Position numbers and translations under genes: made by a program. A stretch of DNA of 64,000 nucleotides from Paraspadella gotoi (Eukaryota > Animalia > Chaetognatha), in assembly GCA_051294375.1 (NCBI GenBank), contig CM119263.1:951756-1015755 (forward strand). Direction: 5' to 3'. Shown piece by piece: positions 29,501-56,458 of this stretch. How positions within the stretch are numbered: position 1 is the stretch's first letter; every line of letters starts with the position of its first letter. Under the pieces are notes generated by a model. It saw only the letters and a list, made by a program, of their open reading frames with translations, was not told where the DNA came from and searched no databases.

Positions 29501-31228
29501 GAGGAAGAAGAAGATGAGCATGATATTTAATTGTCTTCAGTTTAAAGGAATCAAAAAAAATAATTAGGATTTATGTCGAACGCGAAGCTAAACGATGACT
29601 TCGTTGAGAGAGAGAAAAAAGTTCGTTTTAATTAAATAGTAATTAATTAATATTATAAGCAAGAGTATAATTTACTTTTAATGCGGTATGAATGTCGATT
29701 TTTGGAGTGGATTGCTTTTTGTTTTGCTGCTGATACCAAAATATGAGCGACGAAGCGACATCTTGAGGTCGAAAAAGTTTGCAAAAAAGTTGCAACGGAC
29801 CTGGAGTAATGTTCGGTTGATGTTGAATTTAATATAATTTAATAGATTCGATGAACAACCGCCAGCGCTGCCCTAATTTTTGATTTACCCAAGATGGCGC
29901 CTCTGAAACTGCCGAAGAAAAGATTTTCCGCGCCGAATCTTTCCTTTAAAATTAGATTCAATTTGTTGTCGAGAAGAGATAAGCAAAGGATTTTCATCAG
30001 AGTCGTTCCATCTGCGAAAGAATAAAGAAAAAACATTTCAAAGATCAAACTAAAGAGCAATTAAACTGCCAAATCGACTTACCCGACAAACAAGGGTGAG
30101 TTCTCGTGAAAATTATGGTGTCTTTTGACTCGCCGAATTCCGTGAGAATGTAGACTTGCCAGGGAGAACGTCCTGTAGAAAAGATTATATATTTTTTTTT
30201 AAATTCAAAAGAATTCTATTTCTAATTCAAGTGTTTTTTTTTTTTATTTTAAATTCCCCGATTCGATCGCCCTTTGTTTTCGTCGTTAATGATCGACCTT
30301 CGGGCAGAGGGCGCGACGCCATCTCAGAGACGTAGATTTGCAGCTGAGATTCGTTCTTGATGTGACGTGGGAGTTGAAAGACGTGATGGGAGATCTTGAA
30401 CTTGGGGTCCTCCGCCCACGCAAATCTGTCGACGCCAAAATAAAATAAGAAAAGAAACAGCATTTCTTAGAAATAGCTTAAGAATTGAATTATTGAAGAT
30501 TTAGATTTCATGTACACAGAATCTAAATACGTTTTTTTCATAATTTTCCTTTTTCAACGAATCATTTACGACTTACCCAGAACAAATTCTGAGGAGGCGT
30601 TGAGTGAACCTGGGGTATAGTTTGGAACCGTTGGTTGTTTCTGCGAGAATGAGCCGCGATTGAATCAGACCTTTGATGCAGTTGAAGTCGATTCCGCTGC
30701 AAGAAAAAAACAATGGAAACATTGGGTTTTTTTTTTGTAAAAGTTCTTTTCTAATTGACAAAGAAATAACTTTTTTGAAATAACCATAAACACCTTGGTC
30801 CTTCAATGCAACAATATGCACTCTGCCTACCGCAGCCTACTTTCTAAACTCTAACCCACCATTCAAGACTTACTTGGCGAGGACAAAGAGGCTCTGAACG
30901 ACGGCGACGTTGAAGTCTGAATCGTGGAGCCAAAATGAGTCGATGTGCGTTAGAAGTGACGGTCCGAGTCTGAAAAACGCAAAGTTATAATGTAGTCGGG
31001 CATAGTAAAAAAGTTCACCCCGCCATTTTATCATAACTCTTTCAATTGTGACGAGGTTGCTCATTCATCCCCAATGCTGAGGAACAGCCAGGATCTCCGT
31101 TCACTGCCTTAGAGGGCTTTACTCATGAATCACCGGATCACAACTGAAAAAGTCACGCTCTTGAGGCAAGGTGAACTTGGCTCAATGCCCGACCACCATA
31201 AACAGACAGATCCAGTTGCAAAAACAAT

Positions 31229-31294
<66 letters not shown>

Positions 31295-33195
31295 TGCAGA
31301 CTCTGCAAACGTTCGTCTCGCTCTCTGTTTGCGTCGCCCTTTTTTTCGGGGTCTCGTGGATTTGAGACGTGACTGTGCTTCCAGAGTCTGACGTCGACAG
31401 AACTGAGACGCATTCGTGGCCGAAGGCGGACGAGGGGGCGCGTTTTGGGGGCCTGAAGTTCACAATGTGGGTTTGATTGTATTCTATACTTAGTTAGAAT
31501 ATGCATTATGATAATTCTTCGGATTAAGTTTAACTTTGTTAGAAAAAGAAAGTTTATTTTTTTATTAATATTATTTTGTTAATACAAATTGTAATTTATT
31601 TAATTGATTATTCAAATTATTCGTCTACATTTGTAGTCGTGTAATATTTTTACTTTATCTGATTTACTTATTTATTAACATATTTATCTATTTAGTTATA
31701 TATCTATTACCTATGGCAAGACGAGGACGAACCGAAATCGCAAAAACAGGAACAGCAGCACCAAACGAACGTCTGCAGAAGGCGAGTAAGTTCAGGTCAG
31801 TAAAGGAAATTCAATTAGGTTTGCTGACAAAAGTTTATGGAACCGGTCTGGCCAGAGAAACCACGACAGGCCATGCCTTATTATTTTAATTAACAATTAA
31901 TATTTGAGGCAGAAAGAATTGAAAAATTTAAACAAGAACGGAAATTCAAATGTGTGTTGCACCGCGGTGACTTTCTTTGCTCTTGTAATTATGACACACA
32001 CTGCATCGGAATATTGTCTTTTATTCTTTAAAATTTTATGATTTCCTGAAGGCGGCGCTAGCAGTCACTTACATTGGAGATTTTTTTTTCCTGTCTTAAA
32101 AAATGAGCAAACAACCTTAGGCGAGAAAATATTGTACAGTCAATGCATTACTATTTGTAAACTGTCTGTCATTTTGTAGCTGCGACCCATGGCTTTCGGG
32201 CCCGTCTTAAGAAATAAAACTAATCTAATCTAAATAAGAATTTTTAACGTAAGTGGGTCGGACCGACGTACAGATATACCAACCGACCGACCGACCGACA
32301 GACCGGCCGAAAAGTGACTTATGGAGTTGCAAGATTGACGTCGTTATTTCTTTAGAAATAACTAACACGACATTGAGACAATTTTCCCAATTTAACAACA
32401 ACAACGACGACGAATTAACCTTGAGCACGAATCCCAGCGGCAAAGCGACGATAAGAAAGAAAAAGAAAGGAAGAAGGAAGAGAACTGCGCCGCCAAAGTA
32501 AAGACTCGATCTCAAGCAGACGGAAATCCAAGATTCTTCGAAGCGGTGTCGTAGGCGCGGGTAGGGAAAGTCGAAGGCCGTGAGGTGCTGGGGGAGAGGC
32601 TGGGGTCAGGTTGGGGTCAGGGAAAAGGTGGGAGAGAAGGGTCAGGGAAAAGGGGAAAAAAGAAGGGGAAGTATGGATGAATTGGAGGAAGCGATTATGT
32701 TGACAAAAAATATCTTTTTCTGTTCTTTCCCTCNNNNNNNNNNTTCTTTCTTTATTTATTTCTTCTCTTTCTCAAAAGTCAATGGTTTTTTTATTGAGTT
32801 AGCTTGTTTCAATACATAGCTATTATGGCAACCATTATGAAAAAAATGAAATCAATTTTTAAAAATAATAAATCGGAAATCGTCCAGAATTGTTATGAAA
32901 ATTTAAAAATTAATTAATATAACTTGAGCGATACAATTTCACTCACAGATTCTTCACCAAAGACTTCGGTCAAATCCGCGACCGGTTGGGAACTCGTCGC
33001 TTCCTTCATCTCGATCGCGATCTCCACTCCTTCCTCCTCCTCTTCCTCTTCCTCCTCCCGTTCTTCCCCCTCTCCTTCTCCTCCTCCTTCTTCGACAAGC
33101 GGATCGTCCACCGACGCCTCAATCGTTTCGTCTCCGCTTTCGACGACTGAGAGTCGACGAGGCATTCCGACTTCCTCCATCGTCTGCTCCTCCTT

Positions 33196-33231
<36 letters not shown>

Positions 33232-33721
33232 GTCGTCCTCCTCGCAGGCGTCGACGTCTGCGGCCACAAGATGGAGTCTCGTGCTGAAGGGCGGCTCGTT
33301 GCCGAGAATGTCACGAGCTGACCAAGAATCTTTATATGAAATAAAATCGGTAAAACCAATGTAAAAATAATCCATTCGTTCAATAAATAAGCTCTCTTGT
33401 CCCTGACTTTGGACAGGCTTTGGTGGTTTAAGGCCTTCATCCCTTTTAGAAGATAATAACAAAGCAGGATGGCGAGGACTCGTCTAGTCCAGGTCTAGTA
33501 TATCTCTATCGGATATGAGTATTAAGATATGATATGATATGATATTTATTAAGATTAAACTTTATTTAAACAATATTTAGTAATTTGAAAAATTACAATT
33601 TTCAATGAATTTGTTAGATTTTAGCTGAGCAGAATTTCGTATTAGACTTACTTGGTAAACCTCCCAATGAGGGAGGTTCCGTGTTCGGAGATGTTCCACC
33701 CTGTGTTTTCACTTCTTCCAT
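24370..33721 (-). CDS. WS/DGAT (wax ester synthase/diacylglycerol O-acyltransferase) family protein with acidic N-terminus, TM segment, Cys cluster, variant HPxxxDG motif and long C-terminal extension
   Basis: Phase-consistent GT-AG exons: 33652-33721, 32947-33317, 32420-32587, 31711-31772, 31294-31452, 30874-30969 (LTHIDSFWLHD), 30577-30696 (YPRFTQRL), 30298-30425, 30083-30172 (SPWQVYIL…RTHPCLS), 29889-30011 (DG…), 29676-29800, 29141-29410 (LSGRKIVAWS), 28434-28576 (SINDILLALVGGALRKYL…IPVDLR), 28097-28292, 27679-27859 (VSNLQG), 27153-27329 (LSLSFITFNDHLRVTLTADSALVPDP), 26833-26984, ~26594-26745 (donor uncertain), 26116-26349, ~25786-25976, ~25668-25716, ~24672-24927, 24370-24400 (RVPRRRSAA*). 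Confidence 0.9.
24931..25265. repeat. Compound (GATT)n-based minisatellite (~45-55 bp units) in an intron
   Basis: Recurrent gattgattgattttgttggttgatt…tcgactgtgt units. Confidence 0.85.
28616..29063. mobile_element. Fold-back/MITE-like element with long imperfect inverted arms
   Basis: Starts AATTGGTACAAC and ends GTTGTACCAATT; internal ctttggacaggct/agcctgtccaaag and gagactct/agagtct mirror each other. Single arms recur at ~6865-7110, ~33345-33460, ~34500-34698 and ~37236-37305. Confidence 0.75.
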
Positions 33722-34137
33722 AGTTTAATATGTTATCATTTAAATTGACGTAACTTTAATATGAAAACGAATACTTTTTTAGTTCAATCACAACCGTAAA
33801 GATTCCACCACCCGGAGGCAATCCGGGCACCGAAGCTTTCGCAAGGATGCTTCATAATTCGACCAATCACGGACGAGTTTCGCTGTCGTTGAGAATGAAA
33901 CCGACCAATCAGGTTCGACCTCAAGCGTCTTTCCCAACAGGAGAGGTCATTCCGTTCGTTGCCAATGGAAGATGAAATACGGAAACGTTTCCTTAAAAGG
34001 ATAACACGGGTTTCAACCAATGAGAACTCAGGAATTGGGACTGAGAAAACAAAAGGGAAGCAGGAAATTTAATTCTATCAGTTTCCATTAGATGTCGCAA
34101 CGACTTTATATGAAAAGATCTTAATTCAAACAAAGTA

Positions 34138-34456
34138 CAGAGTGTCCCAAGCGTACTGTCACATTACAAATGAATACAGTGAATCAGTAAAGTTATAAAA
34201 AATGCATTTACTGTACTCATTGGATCCAGAAGTTCTTGCAGTTTTATATGATGTTTTTATTTTTAAAATCAAACGATTATATCACATGTTATCTCTAAGT
34301 AACTGTTGGAAATAACTGTTTATCAATGTTGAAAAATTCAAATCTTTCTAAATACCCAAATTATTTTTTTTTTTAGCTACTTTCAAATTAACCATTCACT
34401 TAACCAATTTGACACAGCGTTCATTTGTAAAGTGACAATACACTTGAGACACTCTG
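34138..34456. mobile_element. Tc1/mariner-type MITE (~320 bp)
   Basis: TA|CAGAGTGTCCCAAGCGTACTGTCACATTACAAATGAA … TTCATTTGTAAAGTGACAATACACTTGAGACACTCTG|TA: ~37-bp imperfect TIRs with TA flanks; no ORF. Confidence 0.82.
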
Positions 34457-36704
34457 TAGTAGGGTTTAAGTTAATTTAAGTATTCATTAATGAAATTACT
34501 AACATGGAAGCCAATTACTCTGGGAGTGAATAAACGAGACTGTGAGAGAGTCTTGATTGAAAGCTTGCAGGGACCTGCTATGTCATTATCTTGTAAGAGT
34601 GATGGAGGCCCTAAACCACCAAAGCCTGTCCAAAGTCAAGGGCCAGATAGCTTATTTATTAAATGAATGGATAATTTTTATATTTGTTGTACCAATTTCA
34701 TAGTTACGGAAGAGATGAAAAATTGATGAGACCAACTAGACATTAATAATTTATTTGAAATCACAATCAGCACGACATTATAAGAATTCACTTTAAAGTT
34801 TAATAATTAATAATAAGTTTCCTTTTAGGACAAATACTATCAAGTATCAATATTTCAAATTCTGTTGTGATAGATTTTTTTGTGAGTGTTTTTAACGTGG
34901 CGATTAAAAAGTTTCATGTAATTCTTGATGAGTCCCAAACTTCATTGGTATAAAGTGATTAAAGTTATTATAGTTCAAATTGAGATTTCTATATTTTATC
35001 AAATTTTGAGAAGAACAAATCACGTTCGTTGCGAAATCAAAATATAATAAATATGTTGATAAAATTCTAAAATCCTCATGTTCAATTAAAAATAAATAAC
35101 TTAAAAGTTGAAATAATTAAAATAATTAGGGAAAGAATGACATGCACTGTCATTGATATATGGTTGAACAGACGATTAGGGAAAAAATTTAATTTCAGTT
35201 TGCTTACATATAACTCAAAGGAATCTAGATTCACTAGAAAAAACCTGTTTTAAAAATATTTAATCTATTTTATTTTTAAAAAACAATAGACCTAATAAAG
35301 ATAGAAACCAAAAAGTGACAAATTGAGGAAGCACACTTTTTGGAGGTACTTTTATAATTGAATGCTTGGCTTGCTTGCTATTTAATATCGAGAAAAAAAA
35401 ATTTGGACGATAAAATTGTTTTCAAGGCACGAAACATCTACCGCAGTTTATGAACATTAAAACGTAATTCCCTAAGCAAAACAATTTTTGCCAAAAAAAA
35501 GGCTTTTTTTTAATTGATTCTTTCTATGCTGAATAAAAACTCTTAAAAATTAGTGAAATTTTCAAGTTTTCGTTTGCTTTGGGAATTAATGCTGAAAGAC
35601 ATCAAAGTATGGGTGAATACATTACGGAAAATGTCAAAGTAAAAAAAAAAAAAAAAGCCGTTGTTAAAGTTTTACGTCCTGGTAAATTTAATTTAATCGT
35701 AAACAGTTTTTACTACGGCTTTTAGGTATACAACACGCAAGAACTAGATTTCTGCCAGACATTCAAGATTTCTTCACTTTTAGCTTGAAAGATTAAGGTG
35801 AGGCAATTAAGTTAAAAAGTAAGTTTGTTATCAAATTTTTCATGATGCAACAGTAAAGAGATCGTAAAATAAATTTGGAACACCTTCAAATTAACGTAAA
35901 ATGTTTCATAAAATCTGTGTTACATTTAATAAATACGTGCACTAGTAGAATTACGATATTAAATGGTTTTCTCTCAACGGTTAAATAATTCCAATACCTA
36001 TGTTAATGCTCGAGGTAATTGTGTAGATTATAACTAGTCATACGGTATGTTGTTTATCGTACTACAAATACTTTATTAAAAGCCCCATGAATATTTTTTT
36101 CTTCAAAAGAATTAATATAAAATACCTTTTCAGCTTCAACTGGCCGTTTGGATATGAAAGTGCATGAATAAATATCATGTGAAACTTACATACTGCTGCC
36201 ATAGATATTTTTATGTAACTTATGAAAATAATTCCGTTATTTGAGTATAAAGAATAACCTGATAGTAACGAGGAGGTCAAGCCCACATTTTTTTGCATAT
36301 AAATAATAAATCACTTTTATAACCCAATTAAGATTTGGAACGTAAAAAGTTTTATTAATGATTTATGGAGCAAGGAACGCATTTTCTTCCCTTTCCACCA
36401 TGTCGCATGTTTGCTGATAAACAAGTAAAGAAAAAAAAACCAAAAAAAATTAGGTTTCGTCTCAAAACTGAGTTTGAAATTCATAAAAAAAATTTCTATG
36501 AGCCGGTTTCGTTGTTTTCTTTGGGTAAACATAAATATATAATATAAATATATATACATAATCAAACATACAGCATTTATATTTTGAGTCAGGAAGAAAA
36601 AAAACATGAACTATGAATTAGAGCAAGAAGTGGTCAAGGTTAATTGAAGGAATCGGCATTGCAGGCATTGCATTGCATCGCAGGCATTGCACGAGTGGTC
36701 GAGG

Positions 36705-37983
36705 TTAAGCGAAGGAATCGTTGAGGCATTGCAGTTGGTAAACAAGTTCTCGAGCGACGCTTAAAACTTGTTTGGCGTTGTGCCGCTCTGCCATCTCATT
36801 GAAGAACTTTATCATGTCAGTGAAGTCCATCTGCAAAGATGTAAGGATACCAATGAGTCATTTACAATCTTTCAGTCTTTAATTGCAAAAGAAAACTTCC
36901 AATATTCTATTTTTGCTCATTTGTGATTGTCAACCCTGTACCAGTGTACCTGATTGTCCAAGATGATGTCCCTGTAAATCTCGACCAAGGACAAAGCGAC
37001 AAAGAGGACAAAGTGTTTGGGTTGGCAAAGACGGGAAGCCCAAATCGTCTCCCAGACCCAGAAAATGTCCTCGTAGAGAAATTCCCGCTTAAAGTCAAGA
37101 AGGAACCACCTGGAAATAAAAGGAAGGCGGATAACAAATATAATAAATGAATGTAAATAAAAATGAATATATATATTAAAAGATATTAGAGGTACGTATT
37201 TTCACGACTCGTTAATTTTTCATTTCAAGCGTAGAATAGCCTGTCCTAAGACAAGAGCAAGATTAATTAAATGAATGGATCATTTTTATATTGGTCGTTC
37301 CAATTTCAATTGTTGCTATTATGAATATTATCTTATCCTTATGATAAAACGTTCCATATCAATATCATTCATGATCTATCATAAACCGTTCTGATAGGAT
37401 AATAAAGAGCCGAAAATGTCTTCAAGCCCCTTTTAACTTCTCAACTGCACCTGTAGCAAAAGTAGAGGTGCGAGTAGTCGCCCTGCGGATGCATGAGTTC
37501 GTACATCTCCGCATCGAGTATTTGAAGGAGAGAGCGAATGTGCGCGAAGAGGTCGTCCATAGCGGAACCGTGGGGGAAGTTGGAAACCATCCTGGATGAG
37601 GATGCGAGGGTAAGGTCAATCTACGATGAGGATGCGAGGGTAAGGTCAATCGACGATGAGGATGCGAGGGTAAGGTCAATCTACGATGAGCAGTTGCCGA
37701 AGGCGAGCTCAAACTAGTCATTGCTGTTTTTAAAAAGGGAACCAACACCAGAAACTAATGCTTTAGCTTGATAAGTAAGTACATGCTAATTCAGCTTTTT
37801 CATAAATTATTCCGAAATAAAAAATCAAGTATAATAACAAGGATAACTGTCAACAAAAATGACTAAAAAGTAGGGGAAAAATTAGACCTGGTCATGAGTT
37901 TGCAGAAGCAAGCGTAGGCCATTGGTTCGTCATCGAAGACAACAAGAATCGGAGCCAAAAGATCGCACATTCCTTGAACGTAA
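36705..37983 (-). CDS. SGSM1: SGSM1/SGSM2 (RUTBC)-type Rab-GAP TBC protein, last four exons only
   Basis: Exons 37888-37983 ([19 protein letters not shown]), 37451-37591 (…[10 protein letters not shown]), 36950-37109 ([24 protein letters not shown]…[21 protein letters not shown]), 36705-36830 ([30 protein letters not shown]…*). This is the characteristic SGSM1/2 C-terminus; SGSM1 and SGSM2 cannot be distinguished. Confidence 0.9.
37595..37690. repeat. 30-bp tandem repeat x3 abutting a splice acceptor
   Basis: gatgaggatgcgagggtaaggtcaatctac repeated three times. Confidence 0.9.
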
Positions 37984-38454
37984 CTGGGAGAGAAAGATGG
38001 AGAGGGAGACAACCGTTTTATATATAACGTTTTCATTTAAATATATAATTAATTAGATATAAGATTCATTTTTAATTTACCTTCCTATTTTGACCAACAA
38101 ACTTTCTCGTTCGGAAATTAATCGGCAACTTTACGTCAAATGTTTTCAAAAAAGTTTCATATTGAAAAAAACAATTTGGAAGAATACGTTCAGGAGAATC
38201 CTATCTGATATCTTGATGAAAATAAAATTACGCGGTTGCAAATATTGTTATATTTCACTGAAAAAAATTTCGCTCGATAATCAATTTCACGAAAAAGTTA
38301 AAAGTTCACCGAGTATCGCGTGAAAATCGTGTTCATAATCACAAGTCCTGACAATTGGTGATTTCGATATTTTTATTTTTCTTTCTGTGGTCCAGACGTC
38401 CAGCCTCTCACAGTTATCGCAAGTGAAGTTATTTTTTCCCCACTTTTTTCTCCT

Positions 38455-38696
38455 CCCATTTCCTCTCGAAGTTCCTCCTTTCTCCCGACATTAGGCCTGA
38501 CATCGACCCTCTTTTCCCATTTCCTCTCACAGTTCCTCCTTTCTCTCGACATTAGGCCTGACATCGACTCCCTCTCTTTTTCTTCTCCATTTCCTCTCAC
38601 AGTTCCTCCTTTCTCTCGACATTAGGCGCTGACATCGACCCCCTCCTTTTCTTCTCCCATTTACTCTCCGTCCTCCACAGTTCCTCTTCTTCGAAT

Positions 38697-38720
<24 letters not shown>
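38455..38720. repeat. ~60-70-bp minisatellite (4 units) overlapping the stop codon of the beta-lactamase-like gene
   Basis: Recurrent agttcctcctttctctcgacattaggcctgacatcgac. Confidence 0.85.
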
Positions 38721-53879
<15,159 letters not shown>

Positions 53880-53976
53880 TATCGTCGGTTTCACCGACCC
53901 GGAGCGCTCACCTTCTCTTTGGATGAACAAATTGCAAACCGCAAAATATCATTTCTCATTTAATTAAACAGCTTTT

Positions 53977-54063
<87 letters not shown>

Positions 54064-55251
54064 TCCTTAATCACCTTGCTTTCCTCATCAATTCATCCTT
54101 TTCCCTTCTTTCCCTGCAACCCTTAATCAAGAGCAATTTGAGGACCAGGCTCGTTTTCATCCTAGCAGCGATTAAAAGACTCCAATGTAAAGATCCGGTT
54201 TCGCGAGCAGACGACCTACATTCGGTTGCTTCAACATCCGGGACTCTCCCAACAACAGAGAGAGATCGACAGAATCATGTTTAGCCTCTGATCTTTTTTC
54301 TTCTTTCTCTCATTTAGATTTTAACTTATATTTATCACGTCACTCGTCCGTGGCTTATTGACGTTGGCGATGAAGGTAGCAAGCCTCATTTCGATCCAGA
54401 AGTTTCGGGTTCTAGCCCCTTGAGTTATACAAGAAGAGAAACCAGCCGGTTTACCCTCAGGCAAGCCCGGCGCTTCTGTGAGACCTATTTTCCTCGGGTA
54501 TTCATCATTTTCCAATCATTTTCCAATCATTTTCCAATCATTTTGTTCAACTTGGATGATCTTCGTTTTAACATCTAGTCTTTCGGCACTCTGGTCATTG
54601 ATAGTTGGTCAATGATTAATCAATATGACCACTGACCAGCCCCTCACCGACCCAAACTCACGTCTCCCCCCTGCTCCTTCCACTCCCCACGAAGACCCCA
54701 CTCCCCCACTCCCCACGAAGCCCACGGTTAATGACCCTGGAGGCGGCGCCGCTTCCCTCCTTCGGCGCCCCTGAGTCTGAGCACGCCAAGGGAATGGGTG
54801 CACGCGAAGGTGAGAAGTGTGTGCGAAGGGGCAAAGTGCACGCAGAGGAAAAATGTGCGCGCAGATGGGATAAAGTAACATGATAGAGTTTTAAATTAGA
54901 AAATAAAAAAAATTCACCGAATGAGATTAAAGATTAGAGTTTAAAGGTTAAAGTTTAAAGATTAGAAAAACTTTCTAAATGTATTCCTATTTCCCCCCCT
55001 CCATTTTTAAAATATGTATAACTTATAAAATAGAGCTTACATTTAAATAAACAAATAGACAAAACAAACAAAAGAAAATAGAAAAAAATCAGAAAAGAGT
55101 GAAAAGAAATTTAGTTTTAGTTTTTATAATCGTCTCAAGTAGTAAGTCAATCTGTCAGTCGGATATGTATTTTTTTAAACATACAAACGAAACCTTACAA
55201 ACGCAAAACTACTCAGCGAAGATAATCATAAGACTCCCATTCGGACGACCA

Positions 55252-55360
55252 ATTGTCCCACGCTGTCAGTCTGTCATTTCAATAGTCCCACGCAGTCAGT
55301 CTGTCAGTTCAATAGTCCCACGCTGTCAGTCTGTCAGTTCAATAGTCCCACGCTGTCAGT
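55252..55360. repeat. 30-bp tandem repeat x~3.5
   Basis: aatagtcccacgctgtcagtctgtcagttc units. Confidence 0.9.
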
Positions 55361-55463
55361 TTGGCCGTGCGCGACATTTATCCAAATCAATTTAATCTTA
55401 AACTGATCAAAGATCATAATCTTTGCCGAAACGCAGCGNNNNNNNNNNNNNNNNNNNNNNNNN

Positions 55464-56407
55464 GAAAGGAAGAGAAGAAAATGAAAGAAGAAAGGAGAAA
55501 GAGAGAAAAAGAAAGAATAAGAAAGAAAGAAATGAAAGAAAGAAAAAAGAAAGAAAGAAAGAAAGAAGAAAGAAAGAGAGACAGGACAGACCGCACGTAG
55601 TGAAGGAGTTGAAAAAATTACGTGTAAGAATCCAGAAGTCGGATTAATTGTCAGATATGAAAAGTGAGGAAAAGAAGGAGAAGGGTAAAAGAAAAAGGGA
55701 GGAAGGGAGAAAAAAGAGGGAGAAAAAGAAAGAAAAGGAAAGAAAAGAAAGGGAAAGAAAAGACAGCGAGACGAGAAAGAGCTGAATGAATGTATAGAAA
55801 AAATGTAAAAATGTAAGAAAAATAAACTTAAGGAAAAAAAAAGGTAACGAAAAAAAAAAGGAACGCGTTAAGGAAAAAACCTAAGTAAATAAAAAAGGGA
55901 AGCATAGGCGAAAAAGTAAAGGAAGGCGCAGGGTTAGAGAAAGGAGCTCGACACCGAACGATCTTCAGCCGCTTCATTTTAAAAAAGGAAAGGGAGGAAA
56001 GGGAGGAAAGGGAGGAAAGGAAGGAAAGCAGAGGAAAGGAACAGAGTTTGGGAGGAAAGAAGTCGACATCAACAACCTTCATTCGCTTCAATGCTTTAAA
56101 AAAAGGAAAAGGGAGGAAAGACGAAAGAGAAAAGAGAGGAAAGGGAGCAATGAGAAGGAAAAGGGAGGAATGGGAGGAAAGTAGATGAAAGAGAGGAATA
56201 AAGGTAAGAGAGGAAGGGGAAAGAGAGGAAAGAAGAAGGAAAGAGGAAAGAGAGGAAAGAGGAGGAAGGGGAGGAGAACAGAAAGAAGTCGACATCACCG
56301 ATCTCGTCGCTTCATGTTTTAAACGTCGATCCCAACTTCAGCCGATAGTTGAGACTCAACAAAGCGGGAGGAATAATTTTGGAATTTAAATTTGTTGAGT
56401 ATGAAGA

Positions 56408-56458
<51 letters not shown>

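Noticed and set aside
33784-34020. 78-aa minus-strand ORF upstream of the WS/DGAT ATG
   Set aside because: Non-ATG start, no homology; at most 5' UTR sequence.
54321-54881. Small ORFs of 64 and 90 aa near the putative 5' end of the beta-lactamase-like gene
   Set aside because: No recognisable motifs or consistent splice chain.
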